Assembly: GCA_030037225.1 (NCBI GenBank)
Contig: JASHRU010000403.1
Location: forward strand, 1 to 50,844
DNA from: Candidatus Acidiferrales bacterium
Lineage (GTDB): Bacteria > Acidobacteriota > Terriglobia > Acidiferrales > UBA7541
DNA length: 50,844 bases
Direction: 5' to 3'
Below the pieces are notes generated by a model that saw only the letters and a list, made by a program, of their open reading frames with translations, was not told the origin of the DNA and did no database searches. Below are positions 38,453-48,012 of this stretch, one piece after another (the stretch's first letter is position 1; every line of letters begins with the position of its first letter). The position numbers and the translations under genes are program-made.

Positions 38453-39478
38453 TCAGGCCCGCGGATCGAGCAATACCTTCAGCACGCCGGGGCGCTGTGA
38501 TTCGCGGATCGCCGCGTCAGCCTCGCGAAGCGGAAAGACGCGGGAAATAAGCGGGCGCGGGTCCACTCGTCCCGTCCGCAGCAGCTCGAGCGCCCGCTCG
38601 AATGGCCCGCACCGCGAGCCCACCACCGTCAATTCGTCCACCACGATGGGCCACGTCGCCACACGCGCCGCGCCGTGAAACGTGCTTTTCAGGATCAGCG
38701 TGCCGCGCGGTTCCGTCATCGCGATTGCCGTCGACAGGCCCTCCGCCGAGCCCGTCGCCTCCACGACAAAGGCAAATCGTCGTCGGTTTGCCCCGCCGTG
38801 CGCCGGCCGGGCATTCGGAAGGAAAACCGTCGCTATACCGCGTCCCCCTGCAAGCTCCAATTTCTTCCTGTGGCGGCCGTAGAGCGTCACTTGCGCTCCC
38901 GCTGCCGCGAGCACTCGAACGATCAACTGGCCGAGTTTGCCGTCTCCCAGAACCGCCACCGCGGCGCCCCGTCCGGCAGTCGGCACCTGCGCCACAATCT
39001 GGCAAGCTGCCGCGAGCGGCTCCGTAAACGCCGCGCATTCATCCGGCACGCCCGGCGGCACAGCGTGCAGGTTCGCGAGCGGCAGCGTCAAATACTCCGC
39101 AAACGCTCCATCGTGTTCCATGATCCCAAGCACTCGCCGGCGTGCGCAGTGCGCCGGAATGCCCCGCCGGCAGAATTTGCAGGGCGCTCTCAGGGCCATC
39201 CCGAGGCAGGTGACGTTGATTTCGCCCGCCACACGCCGCCCCGCCCAGCGTTTCTCTGCGCGCCGCCGCGTCTCGCCGCTGCCGCCGCACGCCTCTACCT
39301 CGCCCACAAATTCATGTCCGGGCGTGCCGCGAAATTGATGGTAGCCCCGCAGGATTTCCAAGTCGGTGTTGCAGATTCCCGCCAGCCTCACGCGCACCAG
39401 CGCCCACTCTGCCCGGACTTTGGGCACAGCCTTGGTTACGAGTTCGAGTCGTTTTCCTTTGATTTGGCAGGCAAGCAT
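38453..39478 (-). CDS. Zinc-dependent alcohol dehydrogenase (MDR family)
   Basis: GICNTD, GHEFVG, structural Zn cysteines (C...CKFC...HC), GDGKLG, GSRCGPF. Start set at ATG 39478. Confidence 0.9.
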   Translation of the reverse strand: MLACQIKGKRLELVTKAVPKVRAEWALVRVRLAGICNTDLEILRGYHQFRGTPGHEFVGEVEACGGSGETRRRAEKRWAGRRVAGEINVTCLGMALRAPCKFCRRGIPAHCARRRVLGIMEHDGAFAEYLTLPLANLHAVPPGVPDECAAFTEPLAAACQIVAQVPTAGRGAAVAVLGDGKLGQLIVRVLAAAGAQVTLYGRHRKKLELAGGRGIATVFLPNARPAHGGANRRRFAFVVEATGSAEGLSTAIAMTEPRGTLILKSTFHGAARVATWPIVVDELTVVGSRCGPFERALELLRTGRVDPRPLISRVFPLREADAAIRESQRPGVLKVLLDPRA

Positions 39479-39536
39479 TTCTGCCCGTCGCCTGTTCACG
39501 GTTCGAGGAGCTTCGGGTGCGCCGGGGCGTGACCGT

Positions 39537-39827
39537 TCAAGGCGCGCCTCGGAACTTCTTGTAGAAAAGCCCGATCGCCTGCACGCACCCGCCTAAAAAT
39601 AGAATCACGCCGGCGAAGAACAGCGATGCGTAGGTCACCCTTGCTGTGCTTTCCACCACGCCGGGCTGTTCGACACTGAAAAACGCCACATAGGAACAAA
39701 ACGCCAGCGAGATGCCCCCGAGCATGATGAGAAGAACGCGTCGAACGCCGCGCTTCGGGGCTTCGTCGAGCTCGGGAGAATCGCTCGGCGGTTCTGCCAT
39801 CGCGCCGCTTTCCAAGGGGTCATTCAT
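39537..39827 (-). CDS. Small two-TM hypothetical protein
   Basis: Fills the gap between selA and the ADH on the same strand and has two hydrophobic segments. Confidence 0.55.
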   Translation of the reverse strand: MNDPLESGAMAEPPSDSPELDEAPKRGVRRVLLIMLGGISLAFCSYVAFFSVEQPGVVESTARVTYASLFFAGVILFLGGCVQAIGLFYKKFRGAP

Positions 39828-39834
39828 CGCGCGT

Positions 39835-41253
39835 TCAACCAAGCGCCGAAAGCAGAGCGTCCGCCAGTGCCGGTTCTTCCCCTGAATCCACTGTCCGGAG
39901 ATCGAGCACCAGCCGGCCGTCTTCGATTCGCGCGATCACGGGCGGCGGGCCTGCGGGGGATTGCCGCAGCCGCGCCTCGATTTCTGCGGCAGAAAAATGC
40001 AGCGTGGAGATGCGCACAAGAAAGGTCGGCAAGTACTGCTCGGGAGTTGACCCGCCGCCGACCACTGATTGCCCCGGCGACACCTCGATCTCCACTTCGC
40101 TTGTCGCCAGCCGCGCGGCCAGAGCGGCGGCAAACGCACGGGCCCGCCGCTCAACCTCCGCGGCCGGGATCCGGATCATGCGCAGCGTGGGAATCTCGTC
40201 CAGCGCGCCGCGCACAACTGCCGAGAGCGTCGCCTCCATCGCCGCGATGGTCAGTTTGTCCACTCGGAGCGCCCGGTAAAGCGGATTTCGCCGGATACGT
40301 TCCAGGAGCGCCCTTCGCCCCGCGATAATTCCCGCTTGCGGCCCCCCAAGCAATTTGTCCCCGCTGAAGGTGATTAGGTCTACTCCCGCAGCGATGCTGC
40401 CCTGCGCCGTGGGTTCCTCTAGGCCGTAGGGCGCAAGGTCCACTAGGCAGCCCGAGCCGAGGTCTTCATACACCGGCACTCCGGCGCGGCGGCCCAGCGC
40501 CACCAGTTCGTCAAGAGAAGGCCGTCCGGCAAAGCCCACGATGCGGAAATTGGAAGGGTGCACGGACATCAACAGTCGCGTCTCGGCACCAATCGCGCTT
40601 TCGTAATCCGCAAGGTGTGTGCGGTTCGTCGTACCCACTTCGCGCAGCAGTGCCCCGCTCGCCGCCATGATCTCCGGAATCCGGAATCCATCGCCGATCT
40701 CGATCAGCTCGCCGCGGGAAACAATCGCTTCGCCGCCGCGCGCCAGTGCGTGGAGCACGAGGAACACGGCTGCCGCATTGTTGTTCACCACCAGCGCGGC
40801 CTCCGCTCCCAGCACCCGCGCCAGTAGCCGTGCCGTGTGCACGTCGCGTTTTCCGCGCTGTCCGGCCGCCAGGTCGTACTCGAGGTTGGAATAGCCCCCG
40901 GCGCACTCCGCCAGATGCTCGAGCGCGGCCCGACCGATGGGCGCGCGCCCCAGGTTCGTGTGCAGCACTACCCCGCTTGCATTGATTACCGCGCGCAGGG
41001 AAGGTGAAGTGTCCCGGGCCACCTCGTCCCGCACTGCCCCTTCCAGCACGCCGATTTCGAAACTGCTTTCCGTCAACTCCGCCCCCAGCGAGATTTCTGC
41101 CCGCAGCCGGTCCAGCACCGCCCGCGCCGCGGCCAGCACTACCGCGCGGCCTGACCCCTCCGCCAATTCTTCCAGCGCGGGACGACGCAGCAGCTCGTCC
41201 ACCGAGGGCAGCCGGCGCAGCAGGGGGCCCGGATCGCGTTCGCGAGGCGTCAT
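39835..41253 (-). CDS. selA: L-seryl-tRNA(Sec) selenium transferase
   Basis: VINASGVVLHTNLGRA, VNNNAAA, SRGELIEIG, EVGTTNRT, DLGSG, FSGDKLLGGPQAG, RALRVDK. Confidence 0.95.
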   Translation of the reverse strand: MTPRERDPGPLLRRLPSVDELLRRPALEELAEGSGRAVVLAAARAVLDRLRAEISLGAELTESSFEIGVLEGAVRDEVARDTSPSLRAVINASGVVLHTNLGRAPIGRAALEHLAECAGGYSNLEYDLAAGQRGKRDVHTARLLARVLGAEAALVVNNNAAAVFLVLHALARGGEAIVSRGELIEIGDGFRIPEIMAASGALLREVGTTNRTHLADYESAIGAETRLLMSVHPSNFRIVGFAGRPSLDELVALGRRAGVPVYEDLGSGCLVDLAPYGLEEPTAQGSIAAGVDLITFSGDKLLGGPQAGIIAGRRALLERIRRNPLYRALRVDKLTIAAMEATLSAVVRGALDEIPTLRMIRIPAAEVERRARAFAAALAARLATSEVEIEVSPGQSVVGGGSTPEQYLPTFLVRISTLHFSAAEIEARLRQSPAGPPPVIARIEDGRLVLDLRTVDSGEEPALADALLSALG

Positions 41254-41328
41254 GCGAACTCCATTCCAGCACGAGGCTTCACCCCGCGCAACCCGTCCCT
41301 TTCCTCAGTTACTGCAAAGGCACGCCGG

Positions 41329-41357
41329 TTGACCCCGTTCCCCCCAGGTTCTACGAT
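41329..41357 (+). promoter_or_regulatory. Sigma70-type promoter
   Basis: TTGACC-17 bp-TACGAT upstream of ATG 41383. Confidence 0.6.
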
Positions 41358-41382
41358 GGAGGTTGCCTGCCCTTATCGCCCT

Positions 41383-42072
41383 ATGGATAAGATCGACGAG
41401 GAATTGGGCCAGCTCGAACGGGACATACGGGCGCTCAAAATCGAGTACGAACAGTACTTCGGTGGCGGCCGCTCTCGTCCCCCGAACGATACGATCTGGC
41501 GCATCGAACAGCTCATCAAGCGCTATTCCGAGCGCGGCGCCGACATGTCCTATGGCCAGCGCTTCCGCTACAACAATCTCGCCCAGACCTTCGCGAAGTA
41601 TCAGGACATCTTTCGCAAGCGCATGAAGGCCAAGGAGGAAGGTACCGTCCAGCGGCACTACGGCGCGGCCGCTCGAGCCATCGAGGAAGAGCGGATGCGC
41701 GCGGCCCCTCCTCCTCCCCCGCCGCCTCCGCCGAAAGCTCCTGCCGAGGTGCCCGTCGCAGTTGCCGCCGCTCCTCCCCGGACGCCGCGCCGGAGTGCCA
41801 CGGAGTTGGTGGGCGAGCCGGGCGGCTACGTGGTGGCTTGTTCAGACCCCGATCGCGAGCGCGACAAGGTGCGCGATCTCTATTCCGTGCTGCTGGAAGC
41901 CAAAAAGAGCGCGGGAGAGAAAACCGACGCGCTCACCCTCGAGAATTTCACCTCCTTCGTCCGCCAGAAGACCGCGCAGCTCAAGCAACAGGCCAAATGC
42001 GACGCCGTCGAATACGCCGTCCAGATCGAGAATGGCCAGATAAAACTGAAGGCCCGCGTCAAGGGACAGTAG
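41383..42072 (+). CDS. Protein resembling the MXAN_5187 C-terminal-domain family
   Basis: LKIEYEQYFGG..RPP, RFRYNNL, a poly-Pro linker, and C-terminal VEYAVQIENGQIKLKARVK. Confidence 0.7.
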   Translation: MDKIDEELGQLERDIRALKIEYEQYFGGGRSRPPNDTIWRIEQLIKRYSERGADMSYGQRFRYNNLAQTFAKYQDIFRKRMKAKEEGTVQRHYGAAARAIEEERMRAAPPPPPPPPPKAPAEVPVAVAAAPPRTPRRSATELVGEPGGYVVACSDPDRERDKVRDLYSVLLEAKKSAGEKTDALTLENFTSFVRQKTAQLKQQAKCDAVEYAVQIENGQIKLKARVKGQ

Positions 42073-42224
42073 TTCTCACCGTTTGCTCTGCGCATTCGCT
42101 CCCCCGGGATCTCCTGCTGCGGGGCGCTGCGCTCCGTAGTCGCAATCCTGTGTGGCCTCATTCGCGCGTAGAATGTGTGGTTTCTCTGGGGGCGGCCCGC
42201 TCCCGCGGGCCTGCGGAGGATGGC

Positions 42225-43796
42225 ATGGCCATTGAGCGCGCATTGGTGAGCGTATACGACAAGACGGGAATCGTGGAGTTCGCCCGCCAGCTCACCGGCC
42301 TCGGCGTTCATCTGTTCTCGACGGGAGGAACGGCTAAGCTTCTTCGCGACTCCGGGCTTCGCCTCCAGGATGTTTCCGAGCTCACCGGCTGGCCCGAGAT
42401 GCTGGGTGGGCGCGTCAAGACGCTGCATCCCAAGGTGCATGGCGGCATCCTCTTCCGCCGCGGCGTCGCCGGCGACAGGGACGAAGCAGCCCGCCAGGGC
42501 ATCGCCTCCATTGATCTCGTGGTTGTGAATCTCTATCCCTTCGAAGCCACTGCTTCCAAGCCGGAGCTCACTCCGGAAGAGCTCGTTGAAAACATCGATA
42601 TCGGCGGGCCGACCATGCTGCGCAGTGCGGCCAAGAATTTCGAGAGCGTTGCCGCGGTTTGCGACCCGGCCGATTACGAGGCCGTTGCCGAGGAGTTGGC
42701 CGCGAGTCCAGGACAAGAGCTGACTCTCGCCACTCGTCTCCGCCTCGCTCGCAAGGTGTTTGCCGCCACCTCGCGCTACGACGGTCTGATTACCATGGAG
42801 CTCGAGCGGCTCGCCGCCGAAGGCGGCCGCTTGGCTCTCGGCGCGCGTCCGGTCCTTCCCGAGCGTGTTCACGCCGCCTTCGTGCGCGAACAGCAGATGC
42901 GCTACGGCGAAAATCCTCATCAGCAGGCCGCCCTCTACGTCCCCGCAGGCCGCCCTTCCGTGGGTCTTGCAGGCGCCCGCCAACTTCAGGGCAAGGAACT
43001 TTCCTACAACAACCTGGTGGACCTCGACGCTGCCTGGAAGCTCGTGCGGGAATTCGACCGTCCCGCCGCCGCAATCATCAAGCACAACAATCCCTGCGGA
43101 GTGGCCGAGCAGGCTGAGCTGCGCGATGCCTACGTCCGGGCCTTTGAGTGCGATCCTGTTTCAGCCTTCGGTGGTGTTGTGGCCTTCAACCGGCCCCTCA
43201 ATGGCGCGGCCGCTCAGGAACTGGCCAAGCTCTTCGTCGAATGTGTTGCCGCGCCTGGATACGATTCCGCCGCCCGCGACGCCATGGCCGCCAAGAAGAA
43301 CGTGCGCCTGATGGAGATGCCCGCGGAAGACGACAATCCTCCCTATGAATGGAAACAGATTTCCGGCGGAATGCTCGTCCAGCAGCCGGACGCGCACCGC
43401 CTTCGCCCGGACGACCTCAAGACCGCCACGAAACGCGCACCCACCGACGCAGAAGTCCGCGCTATGCTTTTCGCCTGGAAAGTCTCCAAGCACGTCAAGT
43501 CCAACGCCATCGTGTTCGCCGCCGAAGGGCACACGCTCGGCATCGGCGCGGGGCAAATGAGCCGCGTGGATTCCGTCAAGCTCGCCGTGATGAAAGCGCA
43601 AAAGTCGTTGGCGGGCAGCGTCGTTGCTTCCGACGCGTTTTTTCCGTTTCCCGATGGTGTAGAAGAGGCGGCCAAAGCGGGCGCCACGGCCGTAATCCAG
43701 CCCGGCGGCTCCGTGCGCGATAGCGATGTCATTGCCGCGGCCGACAAAGCGGAAATGGCCATGGTGTTCACCGGCGTCCGTCACTTCCGCCATTAA
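42225..43796 (+). CDS. purH: Bifunctional AICAR transformylase / IMP cyclohydrolase
   Basis: RALVSVYDKTG, GRVKTLHP, ENIDIGGPTM, RYGENPHQ, KHVKSNAI, GAGQMSRVD, SDAFFPF, RHFRH. GGAGG RBS before ATG 42225. Confidence 0.97.
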   Translation: MAIERALVSVYDKTGIVEFARQLTGLGVHLFSTGGTAKLLRDSGLRLQDVSELTGWPEMLGGRVKTLHPKVHGGILFRRGVAGDRDEAARQGIASIDLVVVNLYPFEATASKPELTPEELVENIDIGGPTMLRSAAKNFESVAAVCDPADYEAVAEELAASPGQELTLATRLRLARKVFAATSRYDGLITMELERLAAEGGRLALGARPVLPERVHAAFVREQQMRYGENPHQQAALYVPAGRPSVGLAGARQLQGKELSYNNLVDLDAAWKLVREFDRPAAAIIKHNNPCGVAEQAELRDAYVRAFECDPVSAFGGVVAFNRPLNGAAAQELAKLFVECVAAPGYDSAARDAMAAKKNVRLMEMPAEDDNPPYEWKQISGGMLVQQPDAHRLRPDDLKTATKRAPTDAEVRAMLFAWKVSKHVKSNAIVFAAEGHTLGIGAGQMSRVDSVKLAVMKAQKSLAGSVVASDAFFPFPDGVEEAAKAGATAVIQPGGSVRDSDVIAAADKAEMAMVFTGVRHFRH

Positions 43797-43884
43797 CCAG
43801 GCGGAACCCTCTCGGCCAGCGCCCCTCGTAACTCACCGCATCCAATGTTTCGGTCGCGCCTTGGATATAGGATACTTATTGTTT

Positions 43885-45984
43885 ATGCGAGAGAGACCAC
43901 AGTTGCATGTGACGCTGCGTCTGGCCCTGTTGCCCGCCTTGGTTCTGGTTCTCCCGGTTGCCTTCGCGGCACAGGCCCCTTCGACTGGGGCGCCACAAAA
44001 CCCTCCCGCCGGAACCACTGCACCTCCCGCGCCGCAGTCCGAGTTGGACCGTAAGAGCGAAGCCTACTATCAGTTCACCATGGGGCGCATGTACGAGGAT
44101 CGCTACGAAGTTTCCGGGCTCGCCGAGTATGCCGGGCGCGCCATCGCCGCCTACAAACGCGCCTACGAGCTCGATTCACACTCCTCCGTCATCGGCGAAC
44201 GCCTCGCCGAATCCTATGCGCGTGCCGGTCGCATTCCCGAAGCGATCGCCGAAGCCGAAGGTGTGCTCAAGCAAGACCCTGCAAATCTTCCCGCCCGCCG
44301 CATCCTCGCGCGCATTTACGTTCGCTCCCTCGGCGACATGGAATCCAGCTCGGGGCAAAAGGAAATGGTGGACCTCGCCATTCGGCAGTACCGCGAAATC
44401 GTCCGTCTGGATCCCTCGGATTCCGAATCCCAGCTCTGGCTCGCTCGTCTTTACCGCCTCGAACAGCACGATAGCGACGCCGAAGCCGTTCTGCGCGCCG
44501 GGCTCGTAGGCGCGCCCGACGATGAAGGTTTGCTTCGCCAAATGGCCTTGCTTCTTCTCGATCAGGGACGCGGCCAGGAAGCCGTAGCCCTGCTCGAGCC
44601 GGTGATTAACAGGACCCCCACCGCCGATTGGTTGGGGCTGCTCGGCGAGGCCTACGCCAAACAACAGAACTATCCCGGTGCCGAGGACGCCTGCCGCAAG
44701 GCTGTCGATCTTCAGCCCGAGAACGCCTCCGCGCGGAAATGTCTGGGCGAGGCCCTGCTCCTTCAGGAGAAATACCAGGGCGCGCTCGAACAATATCTCC
44801 GGCTCGCAGAGCTGGAGCCCAACGATCCCCAGCATTTCCTGCGCCTCGCGCTCATCTACCGCCGACTGGGCCAGCTCGACAAAGCCGAAGAAAGCATGAT
44901 GCGCGCCAAGGAGAACGCGCCCGGCAATCTGGAAGTCATCTACAACGAAGCGCTCACCTACCGTGCCCAGGGCCGCTTTAACGATGCTATCCGCGTCCTC
45001 AGCGATGCTGTGGCAGCCGCCAAGGGCGCCGAGCGCCCCTCCACCATGGCCATCCTCTACGAACAGCTCGGCGCGCTTTTCCGCGAAGTTGAAAACTATT
45101 CCGCCGCGATCGAAACCTTCGACGCCCTGCGCCAGCTCGGCCCCGACCAGGATAAGCGCGCTCGCGAGCTGATTATCGATACCTACCGCATGGACCGCCA
45201 ACTCGGAAAGGCTCTCGTGGAATCCGAGCAGGCCATCGCCGCGTATCCCGGCGATCGGTCGTTCGTCATCACGCGCGCCGTGCTTCTGGCCGAAAAAGGC
45301 GACCCCGCCGAGGGCGCTTCGCTCATCCACGGCCTCATGAAGGATTCACCCAACGATTTCGAGCTTTACCTCACCCTCGCCCAGGTGTACGAGCGTGGCC
45401 GCAAGTTCCGCGAGGCGGAAGAAGCCGCGCTGGAAGCGGAAAAACTTGCCGGACGCAAGCCCGACCGCATCATGGTCTGGTTCCTCAGGGGCGCCATTGC
45501 CGAGCGGCAAAAGAAATTCGACGACGCGGAAGAACAGTTCAAGCGCGTCCTCGCCGCTGACCCGGCCGAAAGCTCTACGCTCAATTACTACGGCTACATG
45601 CTCGCCGACCGCGGCATTCGCCTCGACGAGGCGGTCGGGCTCATCCAGCGCGCGCTGGCCGCTGAGCCGTACAACGGCGCCTTCCTCGACAGCCTCGGCT
45701 GGGCCTACTTCAAGCAAGGGAAGCTCGACGCGGCGCGCACAGAGCTGGAGAGGGCTGTCGCTCGCACCGCCCACGACCCGACCGTCCGCGAGCATCTCGG
45801 CGAGGTGTACTACAAGATGGGCCGGCCCACGCAGGCCCTTGCCGAGTGGACAAAAGCCCAGGCCTTCTGGCGCGAGGTCGTTCCCGCCGACTACGAGTCC
45901 GACCGGGCCGCCGAGCTCGACAGGAAAATCAGCCAGTTGAAGCGCGAAATGGCCCAAACCGCCGCACCCTCCTCCAAGCCGTGA
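43885..45984 (+). CDS. Exported tetratricopeptide repeat protein
   Basis: Signal peptide, many TPRs, LNYYGYMLAD...FLDSLGWAYFK motif typical of the TPR protein upstream of ispE. Confidence 0.85.
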   Translation: MRERPQLHVTLRLALLPALVLVLPVAFAAQAPSTGAPQNPPAGTTAPPAPQSELDRKSEAYYQFTMGRMYEDRYEVSGLAEYAGRAIAAYKRAYELDSHSSVIGERLAESYARAGRIPEAIAEAEGVLKQDPANLPARRILARIYVRSLGDMESSSGQKEMVDLAIRQYREIVRLDPSDSESQLWLARLYRLEQHDSDAEAVLRAGLVGAPDDEGLLRQMALLLLDQGRGQEAVALLEPVINRTPTADWLGLLGEAYAKQQNYPGAEDACRKAVDLQPENASARKCLGEALLLQEKYQGALEQYLRLAELEPNDPQHFLRLALIYRRLGQLDKAEESMMRAKENAPGNLEVIYNEALTYRAQGRFNDAIRVLSDAVAAAKGAERPSTMAILYEQLGALFREVENYSAAIETFDALRQLGPDQDKRARELIIDTYRMDRQLGKALVESEQAIAAYPGDRSFVITRAVLLAEKGDPAEGASLIHGLMKDSPNDFELYLTLAQVYERGRKFREAEEAALEAEKLAGRKPDRIMVWFLRGAIAERQKKFDDAEEQFKRVLAADPAESSTLNYYGYMLADRGIRLDEAVGLIQRALAAEPYNGAFLDSLGWAYFKQGKLDAARTELERAVARTAHDPTVREHLGEVYYKMGRPTQALAEWTKAQAFWREVVPADYESDRAAELDRKISQLKREMAQTAAPSSKP

Positions 45985-46006
45985 CGCCTTTCGGCGCACT
46001 CCTCCG

Positions 46007-46888
46007 ATGAAGTCCATCCGTCTTCCCGCCTTCGCAAAAATCAATGAATCCCTCTGCGTTCTCGGCCGCCGTCCCGATGGCTACCACGAGCTGCGCACCA
46101 TCTTTCAATCCATCGGATTGCACGACACGCTGGAGATTTCGCTCGTCCGCGGCGCCGCCATCCGTCTCGAGTGCGACGATCCCGCTCTGCCCACAGGCCG
46201 CGAAAATCTCGTCTGGCGCGCCGTGGCTGCGGCCCGCCGTGCCCTCGGCCTTCGCTCCGGAATCCGCGTGCGCCTCGAAAAGCGCATCCCCGTGGGCCGC
46301 GGGCTCGGCGGAGGTTCGAGCGACGCCGCCGTTGCCCTCATCGCAGTCGAGTACCTCGCCAATCGCAAGCTCGCTCCCGAACGCCGCGCTCGTATTGCCG
46401 CCCAACTAGGCTCCGACGTGCCCTTTTTTCTCTACGGCGGTCGCGCGCTCGGATTGGGCCGCGGCCAGGAACTCTACCCTTTGGCCGACCGCGCCAAGCG
46501 GTTCATCGTTGTCGTTTCTCCCGCCTCCATCGCCGTTAGCACCCGCGCGGCCTACAGTTGGCTCCGCGCGCCGCGGTTGACTTCCCGCCTCGCTGCCCCT
46601 AAACTGAATGCATTCTGCGCTCTCTGTTGGAGCGGCCAGGGGTCTTCCCTCGTGAATGATTTCGAGGGGCCGGTGTTTCGGCGTTACCCCCGGCTGGCGC
46701 GCATCAAGCGCGTCTTGCTCGAACATGGAGCTGCGGGAGCAGCGCTGGCGGGCAGCGGTTCGGCGGTGTTCGGTGAATTCCAGTCCCCAGCGCACGCGCG
46801 CCGTGCCGCGAATCTGTTTCCGGACGACCAGGTTTTCATCTCGGAGACGGTTACCAGGGAAGAGTATCTCCGCGCTTTAGAGGGCTAG
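46007..46888 (+). CDS. ispE: 4-(cytidine 5'-diphospho)-2-C-methyl-D-erythritol kinase
   Basis: AFAKIN, RRPDGYHEL, KRIPVGRGLGGGSSDAA, LGSDVPFF, GSGSAVFG. Confidence 0.95.
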   Translation: MKSIRLPAFAKINESLCVLGRRPDGYHELRTIFQSIGLHDTLEISLVRGAAIRLECDDPALPTGRENLVWRAVAAARRALGLRSGIRVRLEKRIPVGRGLGGGSSDAAVALIAVEYLANRKLAPERRARIAAQLGSDVPFFLYGGRALGLGRGQELYPLADRAKRFIVVVSPASIAVSTRAAYSWLRAPRLTSRLAAPKLNAFCALCWSGQGSSLVNDFEGPVFRRYPRLARIKRVLLEHGAAGAALAGSGSAVFGEFQSPAHARRAANLFPDDQVFISETVTREEYLRALEG

Positions 46889-47008
46889 CTGGCCCTGCGC
46901 GCGTGGGAAGGCCTTTCGGTCCCGCTGCGCTGGACCGGTGGCAGCGGCGGAATCTCCGCCGTTTTCTCAAATTCCAGGCCGCGCGCGCCGCGGCTTTCGG
47001 GGAATCTT

Positions 47009-47953
47009 TTGGTTGACGAGCGATTCAAGCTGTTCTCGGGCTCGGCCAATCGTCCGCTCGCTGAGGAGATCGGACGCGCGCTGCACGTCCCGCTGGGCCA
47101 ATGCGCCCTCGGCCGCTTCAGCGACGGCGAGATCTATTTCCAGATTCTCGAAAACGTGCGCGGCGCCGACGTCTTCGTCGTCCAGCCCTGCTGCCATCCC
47201 GTGGACCAGCACCTCGTCGAGCTGCTGATGATGATCGACGCCTTCAAGCGCGCCTCGGCCTGGCGCATCACTGCCGTCGTGCCCTACTACTGCTATGCCC
47301 GCCAGGACCGCAAAGACAAGCCGCGCGTTCCCATATCCGCCAAGCTCGTCGCCGACCTGCTCGAAACCGCCGGCTCCAGCCGCGCCCTCACCATGGACCT
47401 CCACGCCCCGCAGATTCAGGGCTACTTCAACATTCCCGTGGACCATCTCTACGCCACTCCGGTGATGGTCGACTACTTCGCCAAGCTCGCCAAGGCCCAG
47501 TACACCGTCGTTTCGCCCGACGCCGGCGGCGTCGAGCGAGCGCGCTTCTTCGGAAAAAAGATCAATGCGCCCCTCGCCATCATGGACAAGCGCCGCATCG
47601 AAATGAACGTGGCCGAAGTCATGAACGTCATCGGCGACGTTCGCGGTCGTCCCGCGCTCATCATCGACGACATGATCGACACTGCCGGAACCCTCGTAAA
47701 GACCACCGAGGCCCTCCTCGACCACGGCGCCACCGCTGTTTCTGCCTGCTGTACCCATGCCGTGCTCTCCGGCCCGGCCGTCGAGCGCATTTCCAAGTCG
47801 GCGCTCACCGAAGTCGTCGTTACCGACACGATTCCGCTCTCGCCCGCGGCAAAGGCCTGCGGAAAAATCAAGGCTCTCAGCGTGGCCAGCCTCTTCGCCC
47901 GTGGCATTCAGTCGATTCATGAGGAAAGTTCGATTAGCGAGTTGTTTATCTAA
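47009..47953 (+). CDS. prs: Ribose-phosphate pyrophosphokinase
   Basis: FSDGE, ENVRG, YARQDRK, DLHAPQIQG, VSPDAGGVERAR, DDMIDTAGT. TTG start. Confidence 0.96.
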   Translation: MVDERFKLFSGSANRPLAEEIGRALHVPLGQCALGRFSDGEIYFQILENVRGADVFVVQPCCHPVDQHLVELLMMIDAFKRASAWRITAVVPYYCYARQDRKDKPRVPISAKLVADLLETAGSSRALTMDLHAPQIQGYFNIPVDHLYATPVMVDYFAKLAKAQYTVVSPDAGGVERARFFGKKINAPLAIMDKRRIEMNVAEVMNVIGDVRGRPALIIDDMIDTAGTLVKTTEALLDHGATAVSACCTHAVLSGPAVERISKSALTEVVVTDTIPLSPAAKACGKIKALSVASLFARGIQSIHEESSISELFI

Positions 47954-48012
47954 AACGAAGCGAGTTCAGCAGCCGCGCCGCCCGGTCCGGCGCGCGCGGC
48001 GGGGAAGGACGT

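Noticed and set aside
42073..42224. Possible ZTP (pfl) riboswitch upstream of purH
   Set aside because: The conserved GACUGGCG and GCCUGGGC segments are not present. Only a TAGAAT -10-like box (42169..42174) is seen.
41838..42224. 129-aa N-terminal extension of PurH in the ORF track
   Set aside because: It overlaps the upstream gene. PurH homology begins at ATG 42225, which has a GGAGG RBS.
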